Shown: piece by piece, positions 13,359 through 21,681 of the stretch | Layout of the letters: each line of letters opens with the position of its first letter | How positions within the stretch are numbered: position 1 is the stretch's first letter | NCBI RefSeq assembly: GCF_054482525.1 | Contig: NZ_CM137006.1 | Length of the DNA: 64,000 nucleotides | Reading direction: 5' to 3' (one strand) | Position numbers and translations under genes: made by a program | Notes under the pieces: generated by a model | Database searches by the model: none | Seen by the model: only the letters and a program-made list of their open reading frames with translations | Told to the model about the DNA's origin: nothing

Positions 13359-15035
13359 TTACTCCTTGTCCTGGACTTCCGGCAGTTGCCAGAAATCGAA
13401 AAAATTAAACCAGTCGAGGGGGGACTGGAGCGCGTAATATTCCAGACGCGCGGCGTAATGATCGATAGCGTTTTGCAGCGCCTGCTGGCGTTCGCCACGC
13501 GGCAACAGCAGCGGGTCGGCAAAGGTTTCGCAGTGAATATGCAGCTTGCCGTGCTGGCGCAGCGCGAAAATCAGATTCACCGGGCAGCGCAAAATAGACG
13601 CAAGAATAAACGGCCCCTGCGGGAAGGGCGCAGGCTGGCCCATAAACGGACTCCAGCAGACTCGCCAGTCGCCGCCGCGTTGCGGGTTGACGGCGATGCG
13701 GTCACCGACAATCGCCACCCATTCGCCGTTATCCAGCTTCTCTTTGAGCAGGATGGCGGTTTCTGGGCCGATATCCGTCACCGGGAGCAGGTTGATGCCT
13801 GCCTGCGGGGCCATCTCCTGCATTATCTGTTTAAAGCGTTGGGCGTTTTCGCTAAACACCAGCGCGTTAATGGTTTTGTAGCCCTGAATTTTTGCCAGCG
13901 CCCGGCACACTTCCACATCGCCAAGATGCGAGGCCAGCAGCAATTTGCCGCGCGGATCGCTGACGTTAAGTGCCGCTTCTGCGCCTGGTGCAAACAGCAC
14001 ATCACGCCCGAGTTGCAGCTCGCCGCGCCAGCTGGCGATTTTGTCGAGCATGGCGTTGCCGAAACGTAGAAAGTGCTGATAGCTGTTGATTTTTGCTGCC
14101 AGTGGTTGTTGTTGGCGCACACGGGCGAGCCAGGCTTGCGACGCTTTACGCGCACGAGCAGCGGTGAGCCAGTAGACGCCCACCACCGGGTAAAGCAGCG
14201 CGGTAAACGCAGTTCTTCCCAGCAGACGCCAGACCAGCAGCATCAGGCGCATTCCCCATAATCCTTTCACTTCGCTCTGCCGCGCCCAGTGGCTGGAAGA
14301 GCTGCGCATCAGCAGTGAAGGAATACGCGGCAACATGCCGAAAAACAGACGTGTGTGCATGAGCGAGATGCGGACGTTATCTTTCAGGGCATCAAAATGC
14401 GAAAGCCCGTCCAGTGGATAGGTGACGCGGGTCGGCACGAAATAGCTGGTGTTTCCCTGCCAGTAGAGGCGCACCATCACTTCAGTGTCGAAATCCATCC
14501 GCTTGCCGATGGTGGCGTATTTTGCCAGTTGCAGCGTTGGCGCAACCGGATAAACGCGAAAGCCGCACATGCTGTCTTTCAGTTGCAGGGAGAGCGTTTC
14601 GATCCATACCCAGACGTGGGTGACCCAGCGCCCGTACAGCCGTGAGCGGGGGATGGAGTCATCGTAAATCGGCTGGCCGGAGATCAGCGCCGCAGGCTGC
14701 TGTTCAGCGAGTGCCAGCAGTTTAGGGATGTCTTCAATCGCGTGCTGACCGTCAGCATCCACCTGTACCGCATGGCTGAAGCCCGCGTCTGCCGCCGCCT
14801 GTAAGCCGCGCATTACCGCCGCGCCTTTGCCTGCGTTTTCTGCCAGGCGAATTAAGGTCACGCCAGGCTGTTCGGCAACCAGATTATCCAGTTGCTGTTG
14901 CGTGGCGGCATCGCTGCCGTCATCCACCACAATACAGGGCAGATTAAATGGCTTAAGACGCGCCAGCACGCCCGGCATCATCGCACCGTGGTTGTAGCAG
15001 GGGATCAACACACAGGGAGAAAAGTTTACCGACAT
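13359..15035 (-). CDS. Two-domain protein: family 2 glycosyltransferase (N-terminal) fused to a lipid-A-type acyltransferase domain (C-terminal); apeJ-like
   Basis: 558 aa ORF; N-terminus CVLIPCYNHG...VVDDGSDA...VDADGQH is the GT2 signature (DxD-type); C-terminal half resembles LpxL/HtrB-like acyltransferases. Confidence 0.7.
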   Translation of the reverse strand: MSVNFSPCVLIPCYNHGAMMPGVLARLKPFNLPCIVVDDGSDAATQQQLDNLVAEQPGVTLIRLAENAGKGAAVMRGLQAAADAGFSHAVQVDADGQHAIEDIPKLLALAEQQPAALISGQPIYDDSIPRSRLYGRWVTHVWVWIETLSLQLKDSMCGFRVYPVAPTLQLAKYATIGKRMDFDTEVMVRLYWQGNTSYFVPTRVTYPLDGLSHFDALKDNVRISLMHTRLFFGMLPRIPSLLMRSSSSHWARQSEVKGLWGMRLMLLVWRLLGRTAFTALLYPVVGVYWLTAARARKASQAWLARVRQQQPLAAKINSYQHFLRFGNAMLDKIASWRGELQLGRDVLFAPGAEAALNVSDPRGKLLLASHLGDVEVCRALAKIQGYKTINALVFSENAQRFKQIMQEMAPQAGINLLPVTDIGPETAILLKEKLDNGEWVAIVGDRIAVNPQRGGDWRVCWSPFMGQPAPFPQGPFILASILRCPVNLIFALRQHGKLHIHCETFADPLLLPRGERQQALQNAIDHYAARLEYYALQSPLDWFNFFDFWQLPEVQDKE

Positions 15036-15409
15036 AGGCGGATCTTCCCGCTACTGGCGGTGTGGCGGGCGTCACCGTCGTGACGCTGATAGCTAAAGCT
15101 CAGAATCTGGCGTTCTTCCTGCCAGTTAAGCGTGAGCGTGACGCGGTTTTCCGGCAGCAACGGGGACTGGAATTTGATGTTCTGAATAGAGTGAAAACGC
15201 CAGCCAGGCGCGAGCAGGGCAAGCGCGTAGCTCATCGCCCAGTCGATTTGTGCAACTCCTGGAAGTAACGGCTGCACGGCAAAATGACCGCGAAACCAGA
15301 ACAGATCCGCCCTGAGATGCAGAACAATTTCAAGGTGATTCGCTTGTGCCTGATGGCGCTCGATTTCATGGGGCTTCATGAAATAACTCCTGTAATTGCG
15401 CATAGACAC
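15026..15409 (-). CDS. Hotdog-fold dehydratase, FabA/FabZ-like (DH); apeI-like
   Basis: 127 aa ORF (true start possibly the internal Met at about 15379); small hotdog protein overlapping both neighbours. Confidence 0.6.
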   Translation of the reverse strand: MSMRNYRSYFMKPHEIERHQAQANHLEIVLHLRADLFWFRGHFAVQPLLPGVAQIDWAMSYALALLAPGWRFHSIQNIKFQSPLLPENRVTLTLNWQEERQILSFSYQRHDGDARHTASSGKIRLCR

Positions 15410-16766
15410 GCTTGTTCATACTGTTTACTGGCATTTCATCAATAACGCGCCAGTAACGCGGAATAGCAACTGGCTCCAGGGTCGGGCGCAGTAATCGCCG
15501 CCAGGTCATTTCCTGGCTATGCCCGCCGCCGTTCTGCCATTGCAGATGAGCTTCGTCATCCAGCACCAGCAAAACGCCGATGCTCTGACGCCCGCCGCGC
15601 GTAACGGGAACTGCCGCCGCCTCGCGAATGCCGTCCAGCGCCAGCAGACGTTGTTCTACTTCCTGGAGTGAAATACGTTTTTCTTCAATCTTAACGATGC
15701 GCCCACGACGCCCCATCAGATGGAACTGACCGTCCTGGCTAAACTGCAAGAGATCGTCGAGCAACAGGCCGTTATCTTCCGCTATCAGCGGTGAAAAGAG
15801 GCGAAATGCTTCACCTTCGACCTGGAAGTGCATACCTGGAAAGGGCCGCCAGCGGCGTTGCTCTTGTTCGCGGTAACGCCAGGCAATGACGCCGGTTTCC
15901 GTGCTGCCGAAGATTTCATCAGGCCAGACGCGCAGCCAGCTCTCGGTATATTGTACGTCCTGCCACGGCAGCTCACCGCCAGCAGAGAGAAGCACCTGAA
16001 CAGGCGGCGGGGATAGCTGAGCATCCAGACGCTTCAAAAATGCCGGGCTGCTGATGAAGATATAGCGATGCTGGTGACTCAATGCGGCAAACTGTTCGAC
16101 ATACCAGAGCATGGCGGCGTGCAGCGGTAATCCCAGCGCCATTGGCAGGAAAACGCGAAAAGTCAGGCCGTACAAATGCTGCGGCAAAACGGAACCGACG
16201 ACACGACATCCGGCAAGACGTGCGCCTAATCGTTCAGCCAGCAGTTCTGCTTCACGGTCCAGCAAATGAACAGGCTTAATTACCCGCTTTGGCTGCCCCG
16301 TAGAACCGGAGGTAAACAGCTCGATATAAGCGTCTGGCGCTATAGCGGCAAAGGTGAATGATTGTGTCGCGACTTGTGGGGAACTTGCTACCAACAGCAA
16401 TGAACCTTGCCAGTTAAGTTCGCTGTCGCTAAGTACACCATCGAACAGTTCACGTTGCTCATTAAGCTGGATGACACGGTTATGCCCCGGAAGCACCGGC
16501 GTTTTTCCGGCGTGTAGCGTGGCGAGCAGGGCAACGATAAATAGATAGCTGTTCTCAAAGCACAGCGCCCAGCGTTCACCCGGCTGTTGCTGCAAGCGGC
16601 AGATAAGTTGCGCGACATCGTGACGCAAATCGCCCAGTGTCCACGAGCTTTCGTCCAGCCACGCAATGGGCGTGTCATCAGGGCGTGGCGCAGTCAGCCA
16701 GCGTGCAAGCGGTAAGGTCTGCTTCATGAGCGATCTCTTTTTATCACCTGACGGCGCACCAGCCAT
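15366..16766 (-). CDS. AMP-dependent ligase (acyl-ACP/CoA synthetase-like adenylating enzyme); apeH-like
   Basis: 466 aa ORF with AMP-binding core motif TSGSTGQPKRV; the start may be the internal Met (MKQTLPL...) at about 16727. Confidence 0.8.
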   Translation of the reverse strand: MAGAPSGDKKRSLMKQTLPLARWLTAPRPDDTPIAWLDESSWTLGDLRHDVAQLICRLQQQPGERWALCFENSYLFIVALLATLHAGKTPVLPGHNRVIQLNEQRELFDGVLSDSELNWQGSLLLVASSPQVATQSFTFAAIAPDAYIELFTSGSTGQPKRVIKPVHLLDREAELLAERLGARLAGCRVVGSVLPQHLYGLTFRVFLPMALGLPLHAAMLWYVEQFAALSHQHRYIFISSPAFLKRLDAQLSPPPVQVLLSAGGELPWQDVQYTESWLRVWPDEIFGSTETGVIAWRYREQEQRRWRPFPGMHFQVEGEAFRLFSPLIAEDNGLLLDDLLQFSQDGQFHLMGRRGRIVKIEEKRISLQEVEQRLLALDGIREAAAVPVTRGGRQSIGVLLVLDDEAHLQWQNGGGHSQEMTWRRLLRPTLEPVAIPRYWRVIDEMPVNSMNKRVYAQLQELFHEAP

Positions 16767-17305
16767 TCACCTGCCATTAACGTTCCCATCAACAAATAAG
16801 CAATCATGCCGTTCCAGGCGGTCCATAACGACATATCGCCATAAAGCGCGGTAAAGAGGGCAATTCCGCCGTTAATGATGAAAAAGCCGCACCAGATTTG
16901 CGTGACACGGCGGGTATAGCGCACGCCCTTTTCCGGGAGGTCTGGCTCCTGCAAACGTGCCAGCCGCTCAACTATCGGCATTGTCGACCACAGCGAACCG
17001 CCAAAAACCGCCAGCATGATCGCGTTAACCACTACCGGGTAAAACAGCAGTAGCTGGTGCGTTTTCAACAGAAAGCTGGCGACACACAATGCGATGCCCA
17101 CGACAGCGACGATTTGTGTGACGGCTTGTAGCGGCCCCGCCCGGCGACGGGTCTGGCGCAGGCGCAACAAAAGCAGCAACGCTATTAGCGGCAACAACCA
17201 GTGCAGGCCGTTATGCGCCAGGCCAAACCAAATCACAAACGGCCAGGCGAGCAGCAATAATCCAGTCAGCAGCTTAATCATCGGTAGCGAGCGAATGCCC
17301 GACAT
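16724..17305 (-). CDS. Small integral membrane protein of unknown function; apeG-like
   Basis: 193 aa ORF with several hydrophobic helices; coding-dense position inside the cluster. Confidence 0.6.
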   Translation of the reverse strand: MSGIRSLPMIKLLTGLLLLAWPFVIWFGLAHNGLHWLLPLIALLLLLRLRQTRRRAGPLQAVTQIVAVVGIALCVASFLLKTHQLLLFYPVVVNAIMLAVFGGSLWSTMPIVERLARLQEPDLPEKGVRYTRRVTQIWCGFFIINGGIALFTALYGDMSLWTAWNGMIAYLLMGTLMAGEWLVRRQVIKRDRS

Positions 17306-17309
17306 CAGA

Positions 17310-17561
17310 TCAGGCTTCTTGTAGCAGGCGTTCTACAGCCTCTACGACATCCTGAACTGTGCGCACTGCTTTAAACTCTTCCGGCTTGATTTTCTTACCG
17401 GTTTTCTTTTGCAGGTGCACAATCATGTCAACGGCGTCGATGCTGTCCAGTTCCAGATCTTCGTACAGGCGCGCTTCAGGTTTGATGTCCTGCGGATCGA
17501 TTTCAAACAGCTTAACCAGCAGGGCTGAGACTTCCTGATAGACGGTTTGTTGTTCTGTCAT
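17310..17561 (-). CDS. Acyl carrier protein; apeF-like
   Basis: 83 aa acidic ORF with the phosphopantetheine attachment motif LELDSIDAVDMI. Confidence 0.85.
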   Translation of the reverse strand: MTEQQTVYQEVSALLVKLFEIDPQDIKPEARLYEDLELDSIDAVDMIVHLQKKTGKKIKPEEFKAVRTVQDVVEAVERLLQEA

Positions 17562-17572
17562 GATGGCTTTCC

Positions 17573-17830
17573 TCAGGCACGTTGCGCAGCAATGAAAGAG
17601 GCCAGAGTGGCGACGGAGAAAAAGTGCTGACGCATCTCTTCACTTTCCGCAGAAAGTACAACGCCATATTGATTTTTCACTGCCAGCCCCAGTTCCAGGG
17701 CATCGATGGAATCCAGTCCTAAACCGTCGCCGAACAGCGGCGCATCGGTCTCGATATCATCAGGAGTCAACTCGTCCAGATTGAGGGTACTGATGATGAG
17801 GTTTTTAATTTCCAGATAAAGCGCTTGCAT
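17573..17830 (-). CDS. Acyl carrier protein; apeE-like
   Basis: 85 aa ORF with LGLDSIDALELG attachment motif; tandem with the second ACP gene. Confidence 0.85.
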   Translation of the reverse strand: MQALYLEIKNLIISTLNLDELTPDDIETDAPLFGDGLGLDSIDALELGLAVKNQYGVVLSAESEEMRQHFFSVATLASFIAAQRA

Positions 17831-18644
17831 TATTTATTCCTGAGAGAGGTAAACAACCTTGTTGTAATTGAAGCAAAAGATGCCGGTTTAACTGCCTTGC
17901 TGCCAGCGCCGGTTCTTGTGAAGTTGCATCGTAAAATTTATTGATTTCAACCCGACCATGGACTTCAACCGTAAAAAACGGCCGGTCAGGTGGAACGTCA
18001 TACCATTTACTTTGTTTATCCAGCAGATGCTCGCTACAGCCGATCGTCACGATGCGTAAATCGCTGGCACAGCGCACGGCAATATTCGCCGCCCCGCGCT
18101 GCAGCGTCATTTTTTCACCGGGCTTCGTTCGCGTGCCTTCGGGGAAAATCAGGATAGTGTCACCCTGTGCCAGTCGCTGTTGGCAGCGGGGTAACAGGGT
18201 TTCAGCTTCGCTGTTGATTAAATAATCTGCCGCCCGCACGACGCCGCCAAGAAAAGGATTTTTTAACAGCGCGCTTTTCACCAGGCAGTCAGTTTCTGGC
18301 ATGACTGACGCCAGCAGCACGTAATCGATCAGCGTGGGATGATTGGCTACGACGAGGCAACCGCGTTCCTGACGTAAAATTTCAGCGCCATCAATACGAT
18401 AATCCAGCACGCCAAGCCCTTTCGCGACAGTTAAAAACAGGCGAAAACTGGCGGCAATGCTGCGACGCGCCAAACGACGGCGGCGGGAAGTATCCCACAC
18501 CAAAACTAACAATATGTTAAACCACACGACAGAAAGCAGCAGGCCGCCGAGACCAAACAGGGCAAAACATAACCCGGTCATGACCAGTCGCCAGGTCCAC
18601 TCCAGACGTGACATCAGCTTACTCATCTGCGGCTCCAGCGCCAT
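17805..18644 (-). CDS. Lysophospholipid (PlsC-type) acyltransferase; apeD-like
   Basis: 279 aa ORF with N-terminal transmembrane segment and H(X)4D-type motif NHPTLID; likely start at the Met giving an ATGA overlap with the upstream stop near 18626. Confidence 0.75.
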   Translation of the reverse strand: MALEPQMSKLMSRLEWTWRLVMTGLCFALFGLGGLLLSVVWFNILLVLVWDTSRRRRLARRSIAASFRLFLTVAKGLGVLDYRIDGAEILRQERGCLVVANHPTLIDYVLLASVMPETDCLVKSALLKNPFLGGVVRAADYLINSEAETLLPRCQQRLAQGDTILIFPEGTRTKPGEKMTLQRGAANIAVRCASDLRIVTIGCSEHLLDKQSKWYDVPPDRPFFTVEVHGRVEINKFYDATSQEPALAARQLNRHLLLQLQQGCLPLSGINNASALSGN

Positions 18645-19345
18645 TGCACGCGCTCGCCAGGCAGTGAAAATGCGTCTGCATTTTGTAAATAGTGCTGTAA
18701 AAACAACATGCTTTGCGGCAGTGATGTTTCATTGCCCGCAATGGCTGACTGCGTTTCACATTGCCAGTCATCGCCAGCTTCAATCACCAGCGCGACGGCG
18801 TACGGCCAGGTCGGCATTTCTGATGGCAGTTGTGGGTGATAAAACTCAGGCAGAAAGCCATCAAAATCGACCATCAGCACGCGCTGGTATCCCGCTTGTA
18901 ACAGGCTAAGCACTTCACACAAACCTTGCTGGAAAGTGTCGCGACCAGCAGAAAGCGATGACGAAACGATCGGCTGTTTGGCCGCAATGGTCAGGTTACC
19001 CACGGAAGAGTTGTGTACGGAGAGCGCGAAGTCGGTCGGAGAAAGCGCCTGTTCAGTTGCCAGTGCATGAACAATGCGGTAATTGCGCTCCAGTTCGCCA
19101 TGACGACTGGTATACAAAACGGCGTCTGGCTGATGGCGGCGTAGCATTGCCAGACCGCATTCAACAGCCAGTTTGCTGCCTGAACTAAGGCGGCGGGCGG
19201 TCATCATTGGCAGTTCACTTAATTTTGCCAACGGCGCGGCAGGGTCAATCGCCCACGGCTGGCGCGACCATGCTTGCCATTGCTGCGCTTCGCTAAGTCC
19301 AGGCGCCAGTGCCTGCCAGTCGGTAATATTTAATGTAAATTTCAT
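18623..19345 (-). CDS. Beta-ketoacyl synthase N-terminal-domain protein lacking the catalytic Cys (chain-length-factor-like); apeC-like
   Basis: ORF track gives 18623..19369 (248 aa); probable start MKFTLNITDW at about 19345. About half the size of a full KS with no active-site Cys motif recognisable. Confidence 0.6.
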   Translation of the reverse strand: MKFTLNITDWQALAPGLSEAQQWQAWSRQPWAIDPAAPLAKLSELPMMTARRLSSGSKLAVECGLAMLRRHQPDAVLYTSRHGELERNYRIVHALATEQALSPTDFALSVHNSSVGNLTIAAKQPIVSSSLSAGRDTFQQGLCEVLSLLQAGYQRVLMVDFDGFLPEFYHPQLPSEMPTWPYAVALVIEAGDDWQCETQSAIAGNETSLPQSMLFLQHYLQNADAFSLPGERVQWRWSRR

Positions 19346-19385
19346 CAACGCGCGCCCGCGGTAAACCAAAATTATTAAGTGACGA

Positions 19386-20453
19386 TTATTTCTTTTGGCA
19401 TATCAAAAGTGTATGCCCAACGCCTAAATTATCGTGGCGCTCTGCTACCTGGAATCCTGCTTTATTCAGATAGTCGTAAAATTTCTCTGCACTATAGAAA
19501 CGGCTGTTACCGTTTGCCATGCAGGTAAAATAAAGTGAGGACGCGTTCAGGCTAAATGATGCTGCTTCAAACCGCTGCGCATCCCAGAACAACTCCATGA
19601 TGCAAACTTTTGCGCCAGGCTTCATTACGCTGGCGATTTTGCTGAGTATGCTAATTATTTGTTCGGGTGAAAAACAGTCTAAAAATTGGCTCATCCACCA
19701 GATATCAGCCTCGCCCGGTAATGGGGCATCGCTTAGCATATCCACCGCATGGAAATCTATGCGATCAGAAAAACCTGCATTCGCGATATTTTCTTTCGCT
19801 AGTACGATTTGTTGTGGCAGATCTAATAACGTCACGGCGATGTTTTCATTGTATTTGCAGCAACGCAAAGCCCACTTACCCGTATTGCCGCCTACATCGT
19901 ACAATGTTGTGGGGTTGTTGGCGAATACATAAGGCAGTGCGGCGTTAAATGCGCCATCTGAATAGTAATGATCAAACGCAAACCAGCTTTCACGAGCGGC
20001 GTCTGGTAATTGTGAAAGTGCCGGATATATCGTCGGCCAGTCGCCAAATACTTTTAACCCGGACGGTTTTCCTTCATTGAGTGAATCGGCGAGGAAGAAG
20101 AGCCCCTGGTAACAGACATCCTGGGTGAAATCCATATTCACGCGAGTCATAGTGTCATGCAGGAGGTAATGACCGATTTTCGCCAGGTAATACATTCCCT
20201 CTTTACAGGTAATAATTCGCCCGCTTAAGCCCATATCTAACAGAACGCTGGCCGCATATTCGTTGATATGGCTATGTTCGGTGATATCAGCCAGCGTTGC
20301 GCCATGTTTGCCTTGCCGATCCAGATATGAAAGTACACCCGCATTACGTAGGCAGAGTGCTGTTTGAAAAAGCATAGGGGCAAAGGCAATGCGTTGAGCT
20401 TCGGTAATCGCATCCAGTGCGCTAAGAGAATCCTGTTCGTACATGTTGGGCAC
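19386..20453 (-). CDS. SAM-dependent methyltransferase (O-methyltransferase family); apeB-like
   Basis: 355 aa ORF with glycine-rich SAM-binding motif LYDVGGNTGKWAL and C-terminal catalytic region. Confidence 0.8.
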   Translation of the reverse strand: MPNMYEQDSLSALDAITEAQRIAFAPMLFQTALCLRNAGVLSYLDRQGKHGATLADITEHSHINEYAASVLLDMGLSGRIITCKEGMYYLAKIGHYLLHDTMTRVNMDFTQDVCYQGLFFLADSLNEGKPSGLKVFGDWPTIYPALSQLPDAARESWFAFDHYYSDGAFNAALPYVFANNPTTLYDVGGNTGKWALRCCKYNENIAVTLLDLPQQIVLAKENIANAGFSDRIDFHAVDMLSDAPLPGEADIWWMSQFLDCFSPEQIISILSKIASVMKPGAKVCIMELFWDAQRFEAASFSLNASSLYFTCMANGNSRFYSAEKFYDYLNKAGFQVAERHDNLGVGHTLLICQKK

Positions 20454-20512
20454 AACCTGTTAAGAGGGAATTAAATTATTATCGGACCGCAGCGGCCCGA
20501 CTTTAGGAAGAA

Positions 20513-20902
20513 TTATAAATCTGCGCCCGCTGACAAATTCAGTTGAATATCTTTGTCGAGATTGCGGACCCAGCGATTGTAGTTTTTATGAATTTGTCCG
20601 CCTGACGCTTGTAGGTTCTGGCTATTTTCATAATTGATATCGTAGCTGGATGCCGTGTAGTTAATGCGAATTTCGGCTGAATGATCGCGTGACTGTTGAC
20701 GTGCTTTAATTACGCCTTGTCCGGCTTCGGACATAATCCATTTGCGTTCAACGCCAGCTTTCAGAATCGCTTTTTTCACTTGTTCCTGGGTATGACCAGC
20801 GCTGACGGTTGAGTGAACCTGATCAATTGGCGCAGTACGCGCGCAACCCGCTAAAGCACCCACAACAGCAATAGCCGCAAACCATTTCATGTAATGTCTC
20901 AT
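20513..20902 (-). CDS. Small lipoprotein of unknown function; first gene of the cluster
   Basis: 129 aa ORF with signal peptide and lipobox LAGC; its start codon lies inside the IS1 target duplication. True start may be the second Met (MKWFAA...). Confidence 0.6.
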   Translation of the reverse strand: MRHYMKWFAAIAVVGALAGCARTAPIDQVHSTVSAGHTQEQVKKAILKAGVERKWIMSEAGQGVIKARQQSRDHSAEIRINYTASSYDINYENSQNLQASGGQIHKNYNRWVRNLDKDIQLNLSAGADL

Positions 20903-20904
20903 TA
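20896..20904. repeat. IS1 target-site duplication, left copy (gtctcatta)
   Basis: 9 bp direct repeat identical to 21673-21681, directly flanking the IS1 ends. Confidence 0.85.
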
Positions 20905-20919
20905 GGTAATGACTCCAAC

Positions 20920-21423
20920 TTATTGATAGTGTTTTATGTTCAGATAATGCCCGATGACTTTGTCATGCAGCTCCACCGATTTTGAAAACGACAGCGACTT
21001 CCGTCCCAGCCGTGCCAGGTGCTGCCTCAGATTCAGGTTATGCCGCTCAATTCGCTGCGTATATCGCTTGCTGATTACGTGCAGCTTTCCCTTCAGGCGG
21101 GATTCATACAGCGGCCAGCCATCCGTCATCCATATCACCACGTCAAAGGGTGACAGCAGGCTCATAAGACGCCCCAGCGTCGCCATAGTGCGTTCACCGA
21201 ATACGTGCGCAACAACCGTCTTCCGGAGCCTGTCATACGCGTAAAACAGCCAGCGCTGGCGCGATTTAGCCCCGACGTATCCCCACTGTTCGTCCATTTC
21301 CGCGCAGACGATGACGTCACTGCCCGGCTGTATGCGCGAGGTTACCGACTGCGGCCTGAGTTTTTTAAGTGACGTAAAATCGTGTTGAGGCCAACGCCCA
21401 TAATGCGGGCGGTTGCCCGGCAT
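20920..21423 (-). CDS. insB: IS1 transposase InsB
   Basis: 167 aa ORF matching IS1 InsB (…[54 protein letters not shown]…). Confidence 0.9.
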
Positions 21424-21617
21424 CCAACGCCATTCATGGCCATATCAATGATTTTCTGGTGCGTACCGGGTTGAGAAGCGGTGTAAGTGAACTGCAGTTG
21501 CCATGTTTTACGGCAGTGAGAGCAGAGATAGCGCTGATGTCCGGCGGTGCTTTTGCCGTTACGCACCACTCCGTCAGTAGCTGAACAGGAGGGACAGCTG
21601 ATAGAAACAGAAGCCAC
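21342..21617 (-). CDS. insA: IS1 protein InsA
   Basis: 91 aa [46 protein letters not shown]... matching IS1 InsA. Confidence 0.9.
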
Positions 21618-21672
21618 TGGAGCACCTCAAAAACACCATCATACACTAAATCAGTAAGTTGGCAGCATCACC

Positions 21673-21681
21673 GTCTCATTA
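21673..21681. repeat. IS1 target-site duplication, right copy (gtctcatta)
   Basis: Identical to 20896-20904. Confidence 0.85.

Larger units (their letters stand above)
20905..21672 (-). mobile_element. IS1 insertion sequence, complete 768 bp copy
   Basis: Ends match the remembered IS1 termini (GGTAATGACTCCAACTTATTGATAGTG ... CAGTAAGTTGGCAGCATCACC); contains insA and insB; flanked by a perfect 9 bp target duplication. Confidence 0.95.

Noticed and set aside
12996-14069. 357 aa plus-strand ORF
   Set aside because: Lies entirely antisense to the 558 aa glycosyltransferase/acyltransferase gene; the translation is low-complexity (R/A/G-rich) with no recognisable motifs. Treated as a shadow ORF in GC-rich coding DNA.
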